Positions 28,473-37,142 of a DNA stretch of 37,142 nt are shown piece by piece (the first letter of the stretch is position 1; each line of letters begins with the position of its first letter). Both the position numbers and the translations under genes were made by a program. The DNA is taken from contig JBHIFL010000042.1 of NCBI GenBank assembly GCA_046761065.1, positions 1 through 37,142 of the forward strand, written 5' to 3'. The notes beneath the pieces were generated by a model that worked only from the letters and a program-made list of their open reading frames with translations, made no database searches and was not told the DNA's origin. The DNA comes from Candidatus Heimdallarchaeota archaeon. GTDB taxonomy: Archaea; Asgardarchaeota; Wukongarchaeia; Wukongarchaeales; JBHIFL01.

Positions 28473-28856
28473 GATTGTCCCTCTTTACGTGTTACAGGGT
28501 TCTAACTGACCGTCTCCCGTTCTTCTTAATAACTTCTTTGTCATGGATGTGATGCCCTCGAATCTGTAGATAAGTAAAATAATTCCGTCGTATACACTGT
28601 CAAGTAAGCATGGTGAATGTAGTTATTTTCTAAAAACCTCCACACCAGTATTCTTCTTCATAGGTGGCTTTCCCTAATTTACAGCTCAAAACGATGAATA
28701 TGATATAAAAAGATTAAATTCCAACCAGTTATAGCAAAAAGATAAGATTAGACAACTTTTTTCCACAATCGATAACTCTGAGAAGTTTTTAAGGAATAAC
28801 CTCAAGAACCAAACGAACCCTTATGACATCTCATCCAAAAGTGCCCTGAGAAGGGA

Positions 28857-30467
28857 GTGGCAATGGCAATCAATGAGCGATATCGATCTGAGATTTTAAA
28901 AACGATTTACTTCATCCAATTCAATCTTGAGAAATCCGGCGAAATGGACTGGGAGACCGTGCACGAGCGCCTCTCCCAGACTGCCATCAAAGAAGAAATG
29001 TGGCGGCAAGCGGAGGGAGGTAAAGGGCTCCGAAACAATGAACGAATCGTCCAAACATTCAAAGAACTTGAGGAAGAGGGCCTTATTACCGTCAAGGAGG
29101 GAAGACAAAAAGCCAAGCTCTATTTTCTTACTGAACACGGCCGAGCATGGGGCAAAGAGTATCTCAGACACGAACCGCGTCGCCTGATCTGGCGAAGAGG
29201 CACTCAGAAGTACCCCGTAAACGTGAGCATCGCCAAGATCTCTGCCTTTGTTGGGCTTGTTTGCTTTACCCTAGCTGCGTTCAACGGATGGGAGAGCGTA
29301 ATCGGTTGGGCTGGACGCTGGACATTTTCCATCACTCCGTGGCCCGATCCTTGGGGTTTGGCCCATAAATATTCCCCCGACATTAGCGAGGAGGCAATAT
29401 TAATGGTGCTGGGGCTTTATTTCGTTTGCAATCCAATATTGACGGTTTTCGCATATCGTACCTATACCAAGATAGAAAAAGGCATTTATGCAGCTGCTCG
29501 CCCGTATACCCTTACCCTAGGAATCTTGGGCTTATTTCCCGGCTTTGGGTGGGTTCTTGGTGGCTTATGCTTCCTCCTCACTTATTATCAACTCGGGACC
29601 GTGCTAAAAGTGAGCCATCCCCCCACTCCCGGGCAAAAACAATCCCCGACAATGTTCACAACTAATAAAGCCAGGATATATGCCATGATCGGGGTCTTGT
29701 GCTTTGCAATAGGGGCGTTCAGCATGTGGGAGGGCATCTGGGGCTGGTTTATGGCTGCACGATTCGAAATTACCCCCTGGCCTGGCCCCTGGGGTTTTGC
29801 TCCGGAGAATTATCCGTATTATCCCGACAGTACACTAGAAGGGTTCTTACCACAATTTGGCCCAGATGCTGTTGGTAGATTTATGGTACTGGAGTTCTAT
29901 CTTGGTTTCAGCATCCTATTAACGGTTTTGGCTTACTGCACCTATACTACCATAGAGCAAGGCAACTACGCAACTGCTCGCCCGTATTCTCTTGTATTAG
30001 GTATTTTTGGTTTGTTTCCCGGCTTTGGGTGGGTGTTTGGCGGTTTGCTATTTCTCTTCGCCTATTACCAACTCGGAACGATGCGAAAGACAAGCCAAGT
30101 CCCACCATCCACCTCCAAGTCGATGGTGTACCTTGGGTCTACCATCGTGTTCAACATCCTGTTCGCCTTTGTTACATTGTTCGGTGAAATTATAAGTATA
30201 CATGCAAAGTTGGAGAACCTATTTTCTTTTGGTGTTTGCGTATTTTTTGCGGCGCTAGCGATCTTAAGGATGAAAAAAATACCGAAAAAATCAGTTGACT
30301 TGTCAGTATGGCCCGTAGTGTTGACGAGTAGTGGTGTCTTCATAGGCAACCTCCTCTTTTTTGATTTCATGGCATTTCATATCCCGGGCTGGTGGGAGTG
30401 GTTCTTTATGCCGGCATTGTATGGGTTGATCATGTGGACGCTCTTAAGGTGGGAATTGCCCCCATGA
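28857..30467 (+). CDS. PadR-like winged-helix domain fused to a polytopic membrane domain with an internal tandem duplication
   Basis: FKELEEEGLI......KLYFLTEHGR wing motif; ~10-12 hydrophobic segments; two copies of ITPWP.PWG...TY..IE.G.YA.ARPY.L.LGI.GLFPGFGWV.GGL.FL..YYQLGT. Confidence 0.8.
   Translation: MAMAINERYRSEILKTIYFIQFNLEKSGEMDWETVHERLSQTAIKEEMWRQAEGGKGLRNNERIVQTFKELEEEGLITVKEGRQKAKLYFLTEHGRAWGKEYLRHEPRRLIWRRGTQKYPVNVSIAKISAFVGLVCFTLAAFNGWESVIGWAGRWTFSITPWPDPWGLAHKYSPDISEEAILMVLGLYFVCNPILTVFAYRTYTKIEKGIYAAARPYTLTLGILGLFPGFGWVLGGLCFLLTYYQLGTVLKVSHPPTPGQKQSPTMFTTNKARIYAMIGVLCFAIGAFSMWEGIWGWFMAARFEITPWPGPWGFAPENYPYYPDSTLEGFLPQFGPDAVGRFMVLEFYLGFSILLTVLAYCTYTTIEQGNYATARPYSLVLGIFGLFPGFGWVFGGLLFLFAYYQLGTMRKTSQVPPSTSKSMVYLGSTIVFNILFAFVTLFGEIISIHAKLENLFSFGVCVFFAALAILRMKKIPKKSVDLSVWPVVLTSSGVFIGNLLFFDFMAFHIPGWWEWFFMPALYGLIMWTLLRWELPP
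29232..30080 (+). repeat. Intragenic tandem duplication (29232-29600 and 29670-30080)
   Basis: Shared DNA blocks such as CTGCTCGCCCGTAT, TTTCCCGGCTTTGGGTGGGT and TATTAYCAACTCGGRAC in both copies. Confidence 0.85.
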
Positions 30468-30733
30468 GACATCAATCGGTTCGCAGATACCGAGAACTAA
30501 ATGATGGAATCTAATGGTGAAAACCACAAAAAGAAAACGTATCTGCAGTTCGAGTTTCAAGGGGCTCTTGGTTCTTCCCACAATATTTGTTTTTGATGAA
30601 TAAACAAATTCATTTAGTAAAAAAAGAATAATCTATCTCCATCCGAATTTTTACAATCCAATTTATACAAAACTTGTATCACAACAAATGCAAGGGTTTA
30701 ATCCATTTATCTTAAATCTTTGGAGGAAATATT

Positions 30734-31192
30734 TTGAAACCACTTAAGAAAATAAGTTTATTTGTTCTTATACTTTCCGTTCTTTTATTACTCTCTGGAG
30801 TAATTGCCCTCGGTTACACGTATCTGCTTTTCCCAACGCTCATCCCTTCTTATGTTGGTGGGGAACCATTTTATCTAGATGCGAGTAACAACTATAGTAC
30901 CCAATTCCCTTGGTCCGCTAACTCACGGCTGCACATCACGATTAAAGCCAACGATACGGTAGATGTCTATACCGATGGGAGTTACGTTTACAGTGGAACC
31001 TACTATGAATTAACAATAGAACCTAATGTAGTAGTCATGATTATGCTAAAGTCCAGTTCCTCCGTATCGGGACGGTTTACTGCACGCCAAGAGATTCCGC
31101 GGAAGATGCAGGTGGTTGCTTTTGGCTTACTGTTTCTGGGACTCGTGGCTACTACTTTATCAGTAGCCTTTCACGTTTGGCTCCAAAGATAA
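30734..31192 (+). CDS. Membrane protein: two terminal TM helices flanking a small beta-rich extracytoplasmic domain
   Basis: GGAGG RBS before TTG; hydrophobic N- and C-terminal helices with alternating beta-strand pattern between. Confidence 0.75.
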   Translation: MKPLKKISLFVLILSVLLLLSGVIALGYTYLLFPTLIPSYVGGEPFYLDASNNYSTQFPWSANSRLHITIKANDTVDVYTDGSYVYSGTYYELTIEPNVVVMIMLKSSSSVSGRFTARQEIPRKMQVVAFGLLFLGLVATTLSVAFHVWLQR

Positions 31193-31293
31193 CACCCGCG
31201 TCGCTTATTTTCATGCACCTCATTTTTATAATATATTTTAGCATGCTTTAAAAATCTAAGAGTCGAGAATAAACAGTCTTCCCAACTTAAAAC

Positions 31294-32247
31294 TCAGAGC
31301 CCTATCCTTGGTAGTATTTCCAAATTAACGAGGCCGTGGGCTAAAACCGCTCCAACATAACCCGTGGTCGAATCGGAGTGAGATAACAATAGTAGAAACA
31401 CACATGAAAAGCCAAGACCACCTGTAAAATACTTAAGAAAGGCATAGGCATCAAAAAAGGGCTGTCGCCAATGGCCACTTGCGAATAGTAAGGCAGAAAA
31501 GACATGACTTACGACAACGGGGAGAGGAAGTCCCCGGATCTCTTGTTTCATAAATTGAGAAGTACGCGTAAAAGCAAGAAGAAACCCATAGGGTAACAAA
31601 ACGCGGAATATAAATTCTTCAATCAACGGGCCAAAAATCCCACCATTTATAATCTTTTTTTCGACGTAATATAACCCAACAAAGCGGGAGTACAATGACC
31701 AAGCACGTACCAGATAGATCCCATATAGGACGAGCATCACTGCCCCTATGCCCTGCTCTGTTTTACGCTCGCCCGTTCGTAACACGAAGGGGCGCTGTAC
31801 TTCCCCTTGAGTCTGTTTGTAGAGGGTAATCATAAGTCCTGCAACTAAGACCCCCATGTAAAGCGTAAACAGATCTAGGTAAGTTCTCAAATACTTTAAA
31901 TAGTAAAGATACGAAAGTCGATAGGCAAATAAAAAAGTAAGTGGAAGGTATAGCCCAAGGATTATTAGGATAACGGTTCCTTTTGCCCATTCTGTTATGC
32001 GATCGTTTTTTCTCTGTATGAATGGATGCAATAATTTCCTTTTTGTATGTTTATAGAGAATAATATAGAACAATAGTACGATTGCAACAAACCAAATTCC
32101 CATGAAAAACGCAAAGGGATCTAACAGATAAAATTTTTGATTTCTAGCCTTGAATATCCCTTCTAAAGCAATAACAAAAGTTATATAGGCTAACACAGAG
32201 AAGTGATGCCTTTTTAGGTCCCTTAATGATTTTTTCCACACCTTCAA
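31294..32247 (-). CDS. CPBP (CAAX/Abi) family intramembrane metalloprotease with extended N-terminal TM region
   Basis: GPLIEEFIFR (EExxxR), LLFASGH (FxxxH), AHGLVN (HxxxN). Confidence 0.88.
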   Translation of the reverse strand: MKVWKKSLRDLKRHHFSVLAYITFVIALEGIFKARNQKFYLLDPFAFFMGIWFVAIVLLFYIILYKHTKRKLLHPFIQRKNDRITEWAKGTVILIILGLYLPLTFLFAYRLSYLYYLKYLRTYLDLFTLYMGVLVAGLMITLYKQTQGEVQRPFVLRTGERKTEQGIGAVMLVLYGIYLVRAWSLYSRFVGLYYVEKKIINGGIFGPLIEEFIFRVLLPYGFLLAFTRTSQFMKQEIRGLPLPVVVSHVFSALLFASGHWRQPFFDAYAFLKYFTGGLGFSCVFLLLLSHSDSTTGYVGAVLAHGLVNLEILPRIGL

Positions 32248-32446
32248 TTTGACCCATCTATCTTTTTTTAATTATCAATATCTCTTCTCTTGAGGATTAA
32301 CTCTCGCTTTCCAATTCAACAAGAATATCTCAACCCTGTACACCCCATATCAACCTTCCGATCCGTAAAAGGGCGGCTGTCAAAAAGGTTTCTGACAGGG
32401 GTCTTAGAAGCAATTGTCGCAATTTAATAAGAGTTTTGTACTGAAA

Positions 32447-33370
32447 TTAATGTGGTTGAGACGAACGAAATAAGGGGGTACTAAAATATTTCATTCCGTT
32501 ATCCGGAAGGACAGTTACGATGGTTTTCCCGGTCCCCAGCTCTTTTGCTTTTTTGAGGGCGATATATAGGATCGCCCCGGCACTTAACCCTATAAATAAG
32601 CCCTCTTTTTTTGCAGCCTTTTGGACTATTTCAAACGTATTGGGGAGTTCTCCCGCAGAGATTTCTATGAGTTCATCAAACCGTTCTCTTCGGAATAGCT
32701 GAGTCGGGTAGGGCTCCCCCGGATTTCGCAAGCCTTGAATACTAACTCCTAACGCTGGCATGACACCCACTATTTTTATGGTTGGATTGTATTCCTTTAC
32801 TCGCATTGAGGTGCCGACGCCGGTTCCTGCCGTTCCAATCCCAACAACGATCATGTCTACAGCGCCATTTGTTTGTTGGAGAATCTCCTTTCCTGTCGTT
32901 TCATAATGGGCCAAGATGTTCGCTGGGTCCTTAAATTGGTCCAGATCGACGTATTTGTCAGGATGGTCGTGAAGGAGTTTTTGTTTCAGTTCTATAGCTC
33001 CGCCTGTACCTTTTTCCCCAGGTGATAGGATTAATTCAGCTCCATGGGCGGTTATTATCTGCCGTCTCTCGGAAGAAACCGATTCGGGCATTACAACACT
33101 AATTTTGTACCCTTTAGCAGCAGCGATCATGGCGAGCGAGATACCGGTGTTCCCTGAAGTGGCTTCTAAAATAGTTTTATTATTGTTTAATTTTCCTGCA
33201 GCTTCAGCATATTCTATTAGATACAACCCCATTCGGTCTTTAACGGATCCCCCGATATTGTACCATTCTAATTTTGCATAAATGGTTGCGTCCTCGGGTC
33301 CAGTTAATCTGTTGATTCGGAGTAAGGGGGTCTTTCCGATTAAATCGGTAATATTCCTTGCGATGATCAT
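32447..33370 (-). CDS. Cysteine synthase family PLP enzyme (CysK/CysM/O-phosphoserine sulfhydrylase); start ATG 33370
   Basis: IGKTPL, GSVKDR PLP lysine, EATSGNTG, DQF..PAN..AH..TTG.EI, GIGTAGT, LPD.G.KY. Confidence 0.93.
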   Translation of the reverse strand: MIIARNITDLIGKTPLLRINRLTGPEDATIYAKLEWYNIGGSVKDRMGLYLIEYAEAAGKLNNNKTILEATSGNTGISLAMIAAAKGYKISVVMPESVSSERRQIITAHGAELILSPGEKGTGGAIELKQKLLHDHPDKYVDLDQFKDPANILAHYETTGKEILQQTNGAVDMIVVGIGTAGTGVGTSMRVKEYNPTIKIVGVMPALGVSIQGLRNPGEPYPTQLFRRERFDELIEISAGELPNTFEIVQKAAKKEGLFIGLSAGAILYIALKKAKELGTGKTIVTVLPDNGMKYFSTPLFRSSQPH

Positions 33371-33393
33371 CTCTGCACCCTTATTGCAATAAC

Positions 33394-33434
33394 TTAACAC
33401 TGTTAATTATAACGATAAATATTAACACTGTTAA
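33394..33434. promoter_or_regulatory. Two palindromic operators TTAACACTGTTAA upstream of the cysteine synthase gene
   Basis: Identical 13-mers at 33394-33406 and 33422-33434 flanking a TATA-like segment. Confidence 0.75.
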
Positions 33435-34008
33435 TTTAAAATTTTACTCGTAAACATAGAAGCTAAAAATATGCGGCAGAGCTTCTTTCTGGAATTATGG
33501 AACAAAAATTCTCTTAACACTATGATATGCTTGTTAGAACATTGTTTTGTGATTATCAAATACTATAGATGAATGTAATGGAGTAATTAGGTACTCAAGT
33601 TGAATAACTCGAACATCAATATAACAGATCTCCGAGAAGATTTCACATGAGTTAAGTATAGAGAGTGAAGTTTAATATTGCCTCCTTCTTCTTTAGAGGT
33701 GATAAATTGACTCAAACTTACCAAAATTCTCGTAAAGTCTAAAGGGGGTCAAGAAATAGGCTAGACCACCCTATTATGAGTTGTAAAGATCAAAACATTC
33801 CTCTTTCCATGTTTGGTATGGAGAGACGAACTTTGGAATGGGACAAGTCATAAGAGGAGGTTAGGTGAGGCAACGGAATGGAAAATTTCCAACAAGAAGC
33901 TGAACATAATAAAATTAGGTAGAATGCAAGATGAAAGGGTTTCCTATTAAGGAAGAGGAATTAATAAAGGACACAGTAACTCGGAAAAGAGTCAGAAATT
34001 AAAAGACT

Positions 34009-34043
34009 ATAACACCGTCAATTTTAAAATATAACACTGTTAA
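34009..34043. promoter_or_regulatory. Two operator copies flanking the TATA box of the HTH regulator gene
   Basis: ATAACACCGTCAA (34009-34021), TTTTAAAA (34022-34029), ATAACACTGTTAA (34031-34043). Confidence 0.7.
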
Positions 34044-34066
34044 TCTAAAATGATGAGGTTTCTCTC

Positions 34067-34438
34067 ATGAAGACGCCATGTGAAATTATCGTAACCAAGA
34101 TCTTGCCGAGTATCCGTGCGGTTTTAGTGAAAACTCTAGTAAATGATCATAAGATGAAGCAGGTGGAGGTCGCGAAGTTGTTAGGGATTACGCAAGCGTC
34201 TGTGAGTTATTATATGACCTCGGCGCGGGGAGCGGATAAACAAATCCTGTCCATTTTTCCAAAGGTGGAACAATATGGCCGTGACATGGCCGCAGCACTC
34301 ACACGGGAAAAAACATCAGGCGATCAAATAAGGGATCTGTGCCGAGCATGCAGGGATCTCCGCGAGCAAAAGACATTCTGCGACTACCATAGACATTTGA
34401 TCCAAATAGATGACTGCAATATCTGCCAAGACATTTGA
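34067..34438 (+). CDS. Archaeal HTH transcriptional regulator (COG2522-like) with Cys-rich C-terminus
   Basis: PCE....ILPSIRA..., MKQVEVAKLLGITQASVSYY HTH, C-terminal CRAC...FCDYH...CNIC. Confidence 0.88.
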   Translation: MKTPCEIIVTKILPSIRAVLVKTLVNDHKMKQVEVAKLLGITQASVSYYMTSARGADKQILSIFPKVEQYGRDMAAALTREKTSGDQIRDLCRACRDLREQKTFCDYHRHLIQIDDCNICQDI

Positions 34439-34839
34439 GAAAATCCTAAAAAAGCTAAGGTGGAGAGAATCCAGGCAAGATGCAAATAGTCAATTTTAGA
34501 GGAGATCAACTGATTCGTAGGTAAGGTTTCGCATGACCTAGCAGAGAAACTAACTGTTAAAAAGGACGTACGGTCACTTCAATAATTATTTTGAGCTCAA
34601 AAGCAAAATTATTTAAAGTTAGGAACTTGGGACAAGCCAACATCGTGATGGTGATGAACATAAAGGGTAGGATCCTCCCGAAGGCAATCTGAAAACTGGA
34701 ACTTATTTCTAAATCAGTGCCAAAGCAAATAGAGATACAAAAGACCATTACGCAAAGAATTCTTCGATAAGTAAGCATGTGCTGAGTAATTGATCGCTGC
34801 TTTTTTATAGAACGAATTTTTCCATCTCCCTTGATAAAT

Positions 34840-36009
34840 ATGAATATCGACGAAATTAGACATGATTTTCCGCTTTTAAACAAAATTATCTATCTGAATA
34901 ATGCCGCCACAAGCATCCTCCCTACACCCACACGACGGGCAATTGAGGATTATATGGAAAGACGGGCATATATGTACCCTTTTGATTTTGAACAGTTCTT
35001 CTCCGAGGTTTGGGATCGTCCGATCAGTCAATTATTAAACGCAGAACCGGAAGAGACGCTTTGTGTCCACTCGACCGCTGAAGGGCTCAATCGAATTTAC
35101 AATGGACTGAACTGGAATCAATCCGACAATGTGGTAACCTGTGATCTTGAATACCCAGCAGTGGTCATCCCCCTCTTTCAACTTCAGCAAAAGGTGAATT
35201 TTGAGATTCGCATGGCGACAAATCATAATGGGCAATATCCTATTGATACGATAGTAAATCTTATTGATGACAATACCCGGGCTGTTGTGCTCTCGCATGT
35301 TGAGTGGATTGGAGGATGGCGCCATGACCTGGAACAAATTGCCAAAACAGCCAAAGATTACAATGCGTTGGTGATTGTGGATCCCATCCAATCTTTAGGC
35401 GCATTTGAGTTTGATGTAAAAAGAATGGGAATTGATGCGCTTTCAGCCCAGGGCCTTAAATGGCTCCTAGCACCTTTTGGGATTGGTGTAATGTATATTA
35501 GAAGTGAAATTGTCGAAGAACTCTCCCCAGTTTATACTGGAGTCGGCAGTTTGGCGAATCAAAAAGAGTTCTGGGATATAATTCAAAAAGAAGTCTCCTT
35601 GATGGACGCGATCAAAACATGGCCCATTCGAACCGACATTCATAAGTTTCAATTGGGCTTACCAACTTGCCTCGCTATCGTTGGGCTCAGTCGATCTATC
35701 GATTATTTACTCAACTTGGGTCTCCAAAATATTGAAAAACGCGTGTTAGATCTTTCTGAATTCTTGACCCGTCTCTTGACCGAACACGAGTACAAGATCT
35801 TTGGTCCAACGGATCGTATTCATCAATCTGGAATCGTATGCTTTCGCACAAAGGTCAAAGATCCCACAGAGGTTTGTAAACGACTTGTTGAGCAGAAAAT
35901 ATATATTTCGGCTAGAGGAGGCATGCTTCGTGTCTCACCACATGTATACAACACCGAAGATGAGATAACCCACTGTATGGACGCTATCATGGCATTAGAC
36001 AAAGCTTGA
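34840..36009 (+). CDS. Aminotransferase class V / C-S lyase (cysteine desulfurase-like, lacking the catalytic Cys loop)
   Basis: IR.DFP, YLNNAATS, STAEGLN, LSHVEW..G, VD..QSLG, KWLLAP.G.G PLP lysine, RVSPH.YN. Confidence 0.88.
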   Translation: MNIDEIRHDFPLLNKIIYLNNAATSILPTPTRRAIEDYMERRAYMYPFDFEQFFSEVWDRPISQLLNAEPEETLCVHSTAEGLNRIYNGLNWNQSDNVVTCDLEYPAVVIPLFQLQQKVNFEIRMATNHNGQYPIDTIVNLIDDNTRAVVLSHVEWIGGWRHDLEQIAKTAKDYNALVIVDPIQSLGAFEFDVKRMGIDALSAQGLKWLLAPFGIGVMYIRSEIVEELSPVYTGVGSLANQKEFWDIIQKEVSLMDAIKTWPIRTDIHKFQLGLPTCLAIVGLSRSIDYLLNLGLQNIEKRVLDLSEFLTRLLTEHEYKIFGPTDRIHQSGIVCFRTKVKDPTEVCKRLVEQKIYISARGGMLRVSPHVYNTEDEITHCMDAIMALDKA

Positions 36010-36562
36010 AAGGGATAATCACCCTTTTCTGGGTTCTTCAATACGGATATTGGGTATACATCTTGGAATAAGCATTATTTCTGATAGTTGTAAACCTACT
36101 AGTATTGAATTCTATCTTTTACTTTCTTGCAGCAAAATTATCTTTTATCATGACCACGAAGAGAAATCTCAATAGCGATGGAAGCAGGGAAAGAGCTTAA
36201 ATGACCTTTCCAAACTCAATCAATTCACTACCCTACTAAGAAATGTCTTATTAATACTGTGTTGAGCCTAATCTACCTCTTCAGGTGTTATTCATCTCTA
36301 AGTATTGATTTTAAAAAGAAAAGTGTGCCAGAGAATGCCTATGGATATCCTTAATTGTTACTTCTTGCCCACAAGTAACATACTGAAACTTATAGGATTT
36401 AAGAATAGTTTCATCAAAACGTAACAGTTTTAGATGATTGCAGCCTATATACAATTGATGAAGATCATCTTCAGCGTAATAAAACAGAGTTAAATAACAA
36501 TTGGAACAAGAAACTGAAGAAGAAAAATTGCAACTGTACCTGAGAAATACGGGGATTTCATA

Positions 36563-37142
36563 ATGCGATACGCTCCACCTAATCTTTGTCTCAATGACTT
36601 TGATATCATCAAGCTTGATGATCTTTATCATGTATTTCATCTACAGGGCTCGCAAACCTATCTTTTGATCCAAAAAAACTAGAAACCAGCTACGGCCATG
36701 CTGTATCTCGTGACTTGATCTTTTGGGAGACAAAGGACCCAATTTTTTGGATTTCAGATCCGCCACACTTTGATAACGGTGCGCTTTGGACGATGCATAT
36801 TGTATCCTACGATAATCGACTTTGGATGTTCTATACGGGCTTGAATCAACGAGTCTACTTTCAACAGCATATTGGATTAGCATATTCCGATCGAACCGAT
36901 GGCACGGGTTGGATTCGATACTCTGAAAATCCAATTGTTTCAGCAGATCCTCAGTGGTACCAAACTGAAGGAGATATGGCATGGCGGGATCCATTTGTCG
37001 TCTACGATGAGGAACACCAACATTGGATCATGTATATCGCCGCAAAACATAATAACGGTCCTAAAGAGACCAGAGGGTGCATTGGAGTCGCATTGTCCGA
37101 CGATCTAATTCACTGGGAAGTCCAACCTCCGATTTTGGCCCC
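36563..37142 (+). CDS. GH32/clan GH-J five-bladed propeller glycoside hydrolase, -1 frameshifted near 36661-36680, truncated at window end
   Basis: Own translation: MRYAPPNLCLNDF..YHVFHLQ.. (frame stops TAG 36680); the -1 frame continues GHAVSRDLIFW, LWTMHIV, WMFYTG, HIGLAYS, WRDPFV, GCIGVALSDDLIHW. Confidence 0.85.

Noticed and set aside
32377-32398. Imperfect palindrome CTGTCAAAAA-GG-TTTCTGACAG resembling an IS end
   Set aside because: No transposase, partner end or target duplication; could simply be a terminator hairpin
34557-34883. 108-aa minus-strand ORF with hydrophobic stretches
   Set aside because: Overlaps the C-S lyase start and has no convincing family motif
36311-36994. Minus-strand ORFs 36311-36640 and 36641-36994 and plus-strand ORF 36899-37108
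   Set aside because: They overlap the GH32-like gene in antisense or alternative frames and show no recognisable motifs

Overview
Asgard-type archaeal genomic window (bona fide actin, archaeal BRE/TATA promoters, archaeal exosome/RNase P genes). The left ~21 kb is core genome: actin, THUMP, KEOPS Cgi121, a phosphoribosyltransferase, an ECF module (A1/A2/T), a DHH phosphoesterase and the archaeal exosome superoperon (rpl15e, DUF54, rpp30, pop5, SBDS, rrp4/41/42, rpl37ae, Brix, pcc1, pfdB, DUF3194). The operon is interrupted twice: an orphan Zn-ribbon adenine DNA methylase sits between rpl15e and DUF54, and the usual proteasome-alpha slot holds a box C/D-like sRNA candidate, an MglA-type GTPase-wHTH fusion, a Zn-ribbon microprotein and a small membrane protein. 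The right ~16 kb is accessory: a BpsA-family protein; a LamG-Kelch-Ca-repeat surface protein split by one in-frame TAG; a doubly frameshifted GNAT; a fold-III PLP decarboxylase; a 2-hydroxyacid dehydrogenase; a membrane-tethered wHTH protein with an internal duplication next to a CPBP intramembrane protease; a cysteine synthase / Cys-rich HTH regulator / C-S lyase module with four TTAACACTGTTAA-type operators; and a GH32-like gene (missing from the ORF track) broken at an A_AAA_AAC slippery heptamer. All calls come from motif reading by eye; no searches were run.
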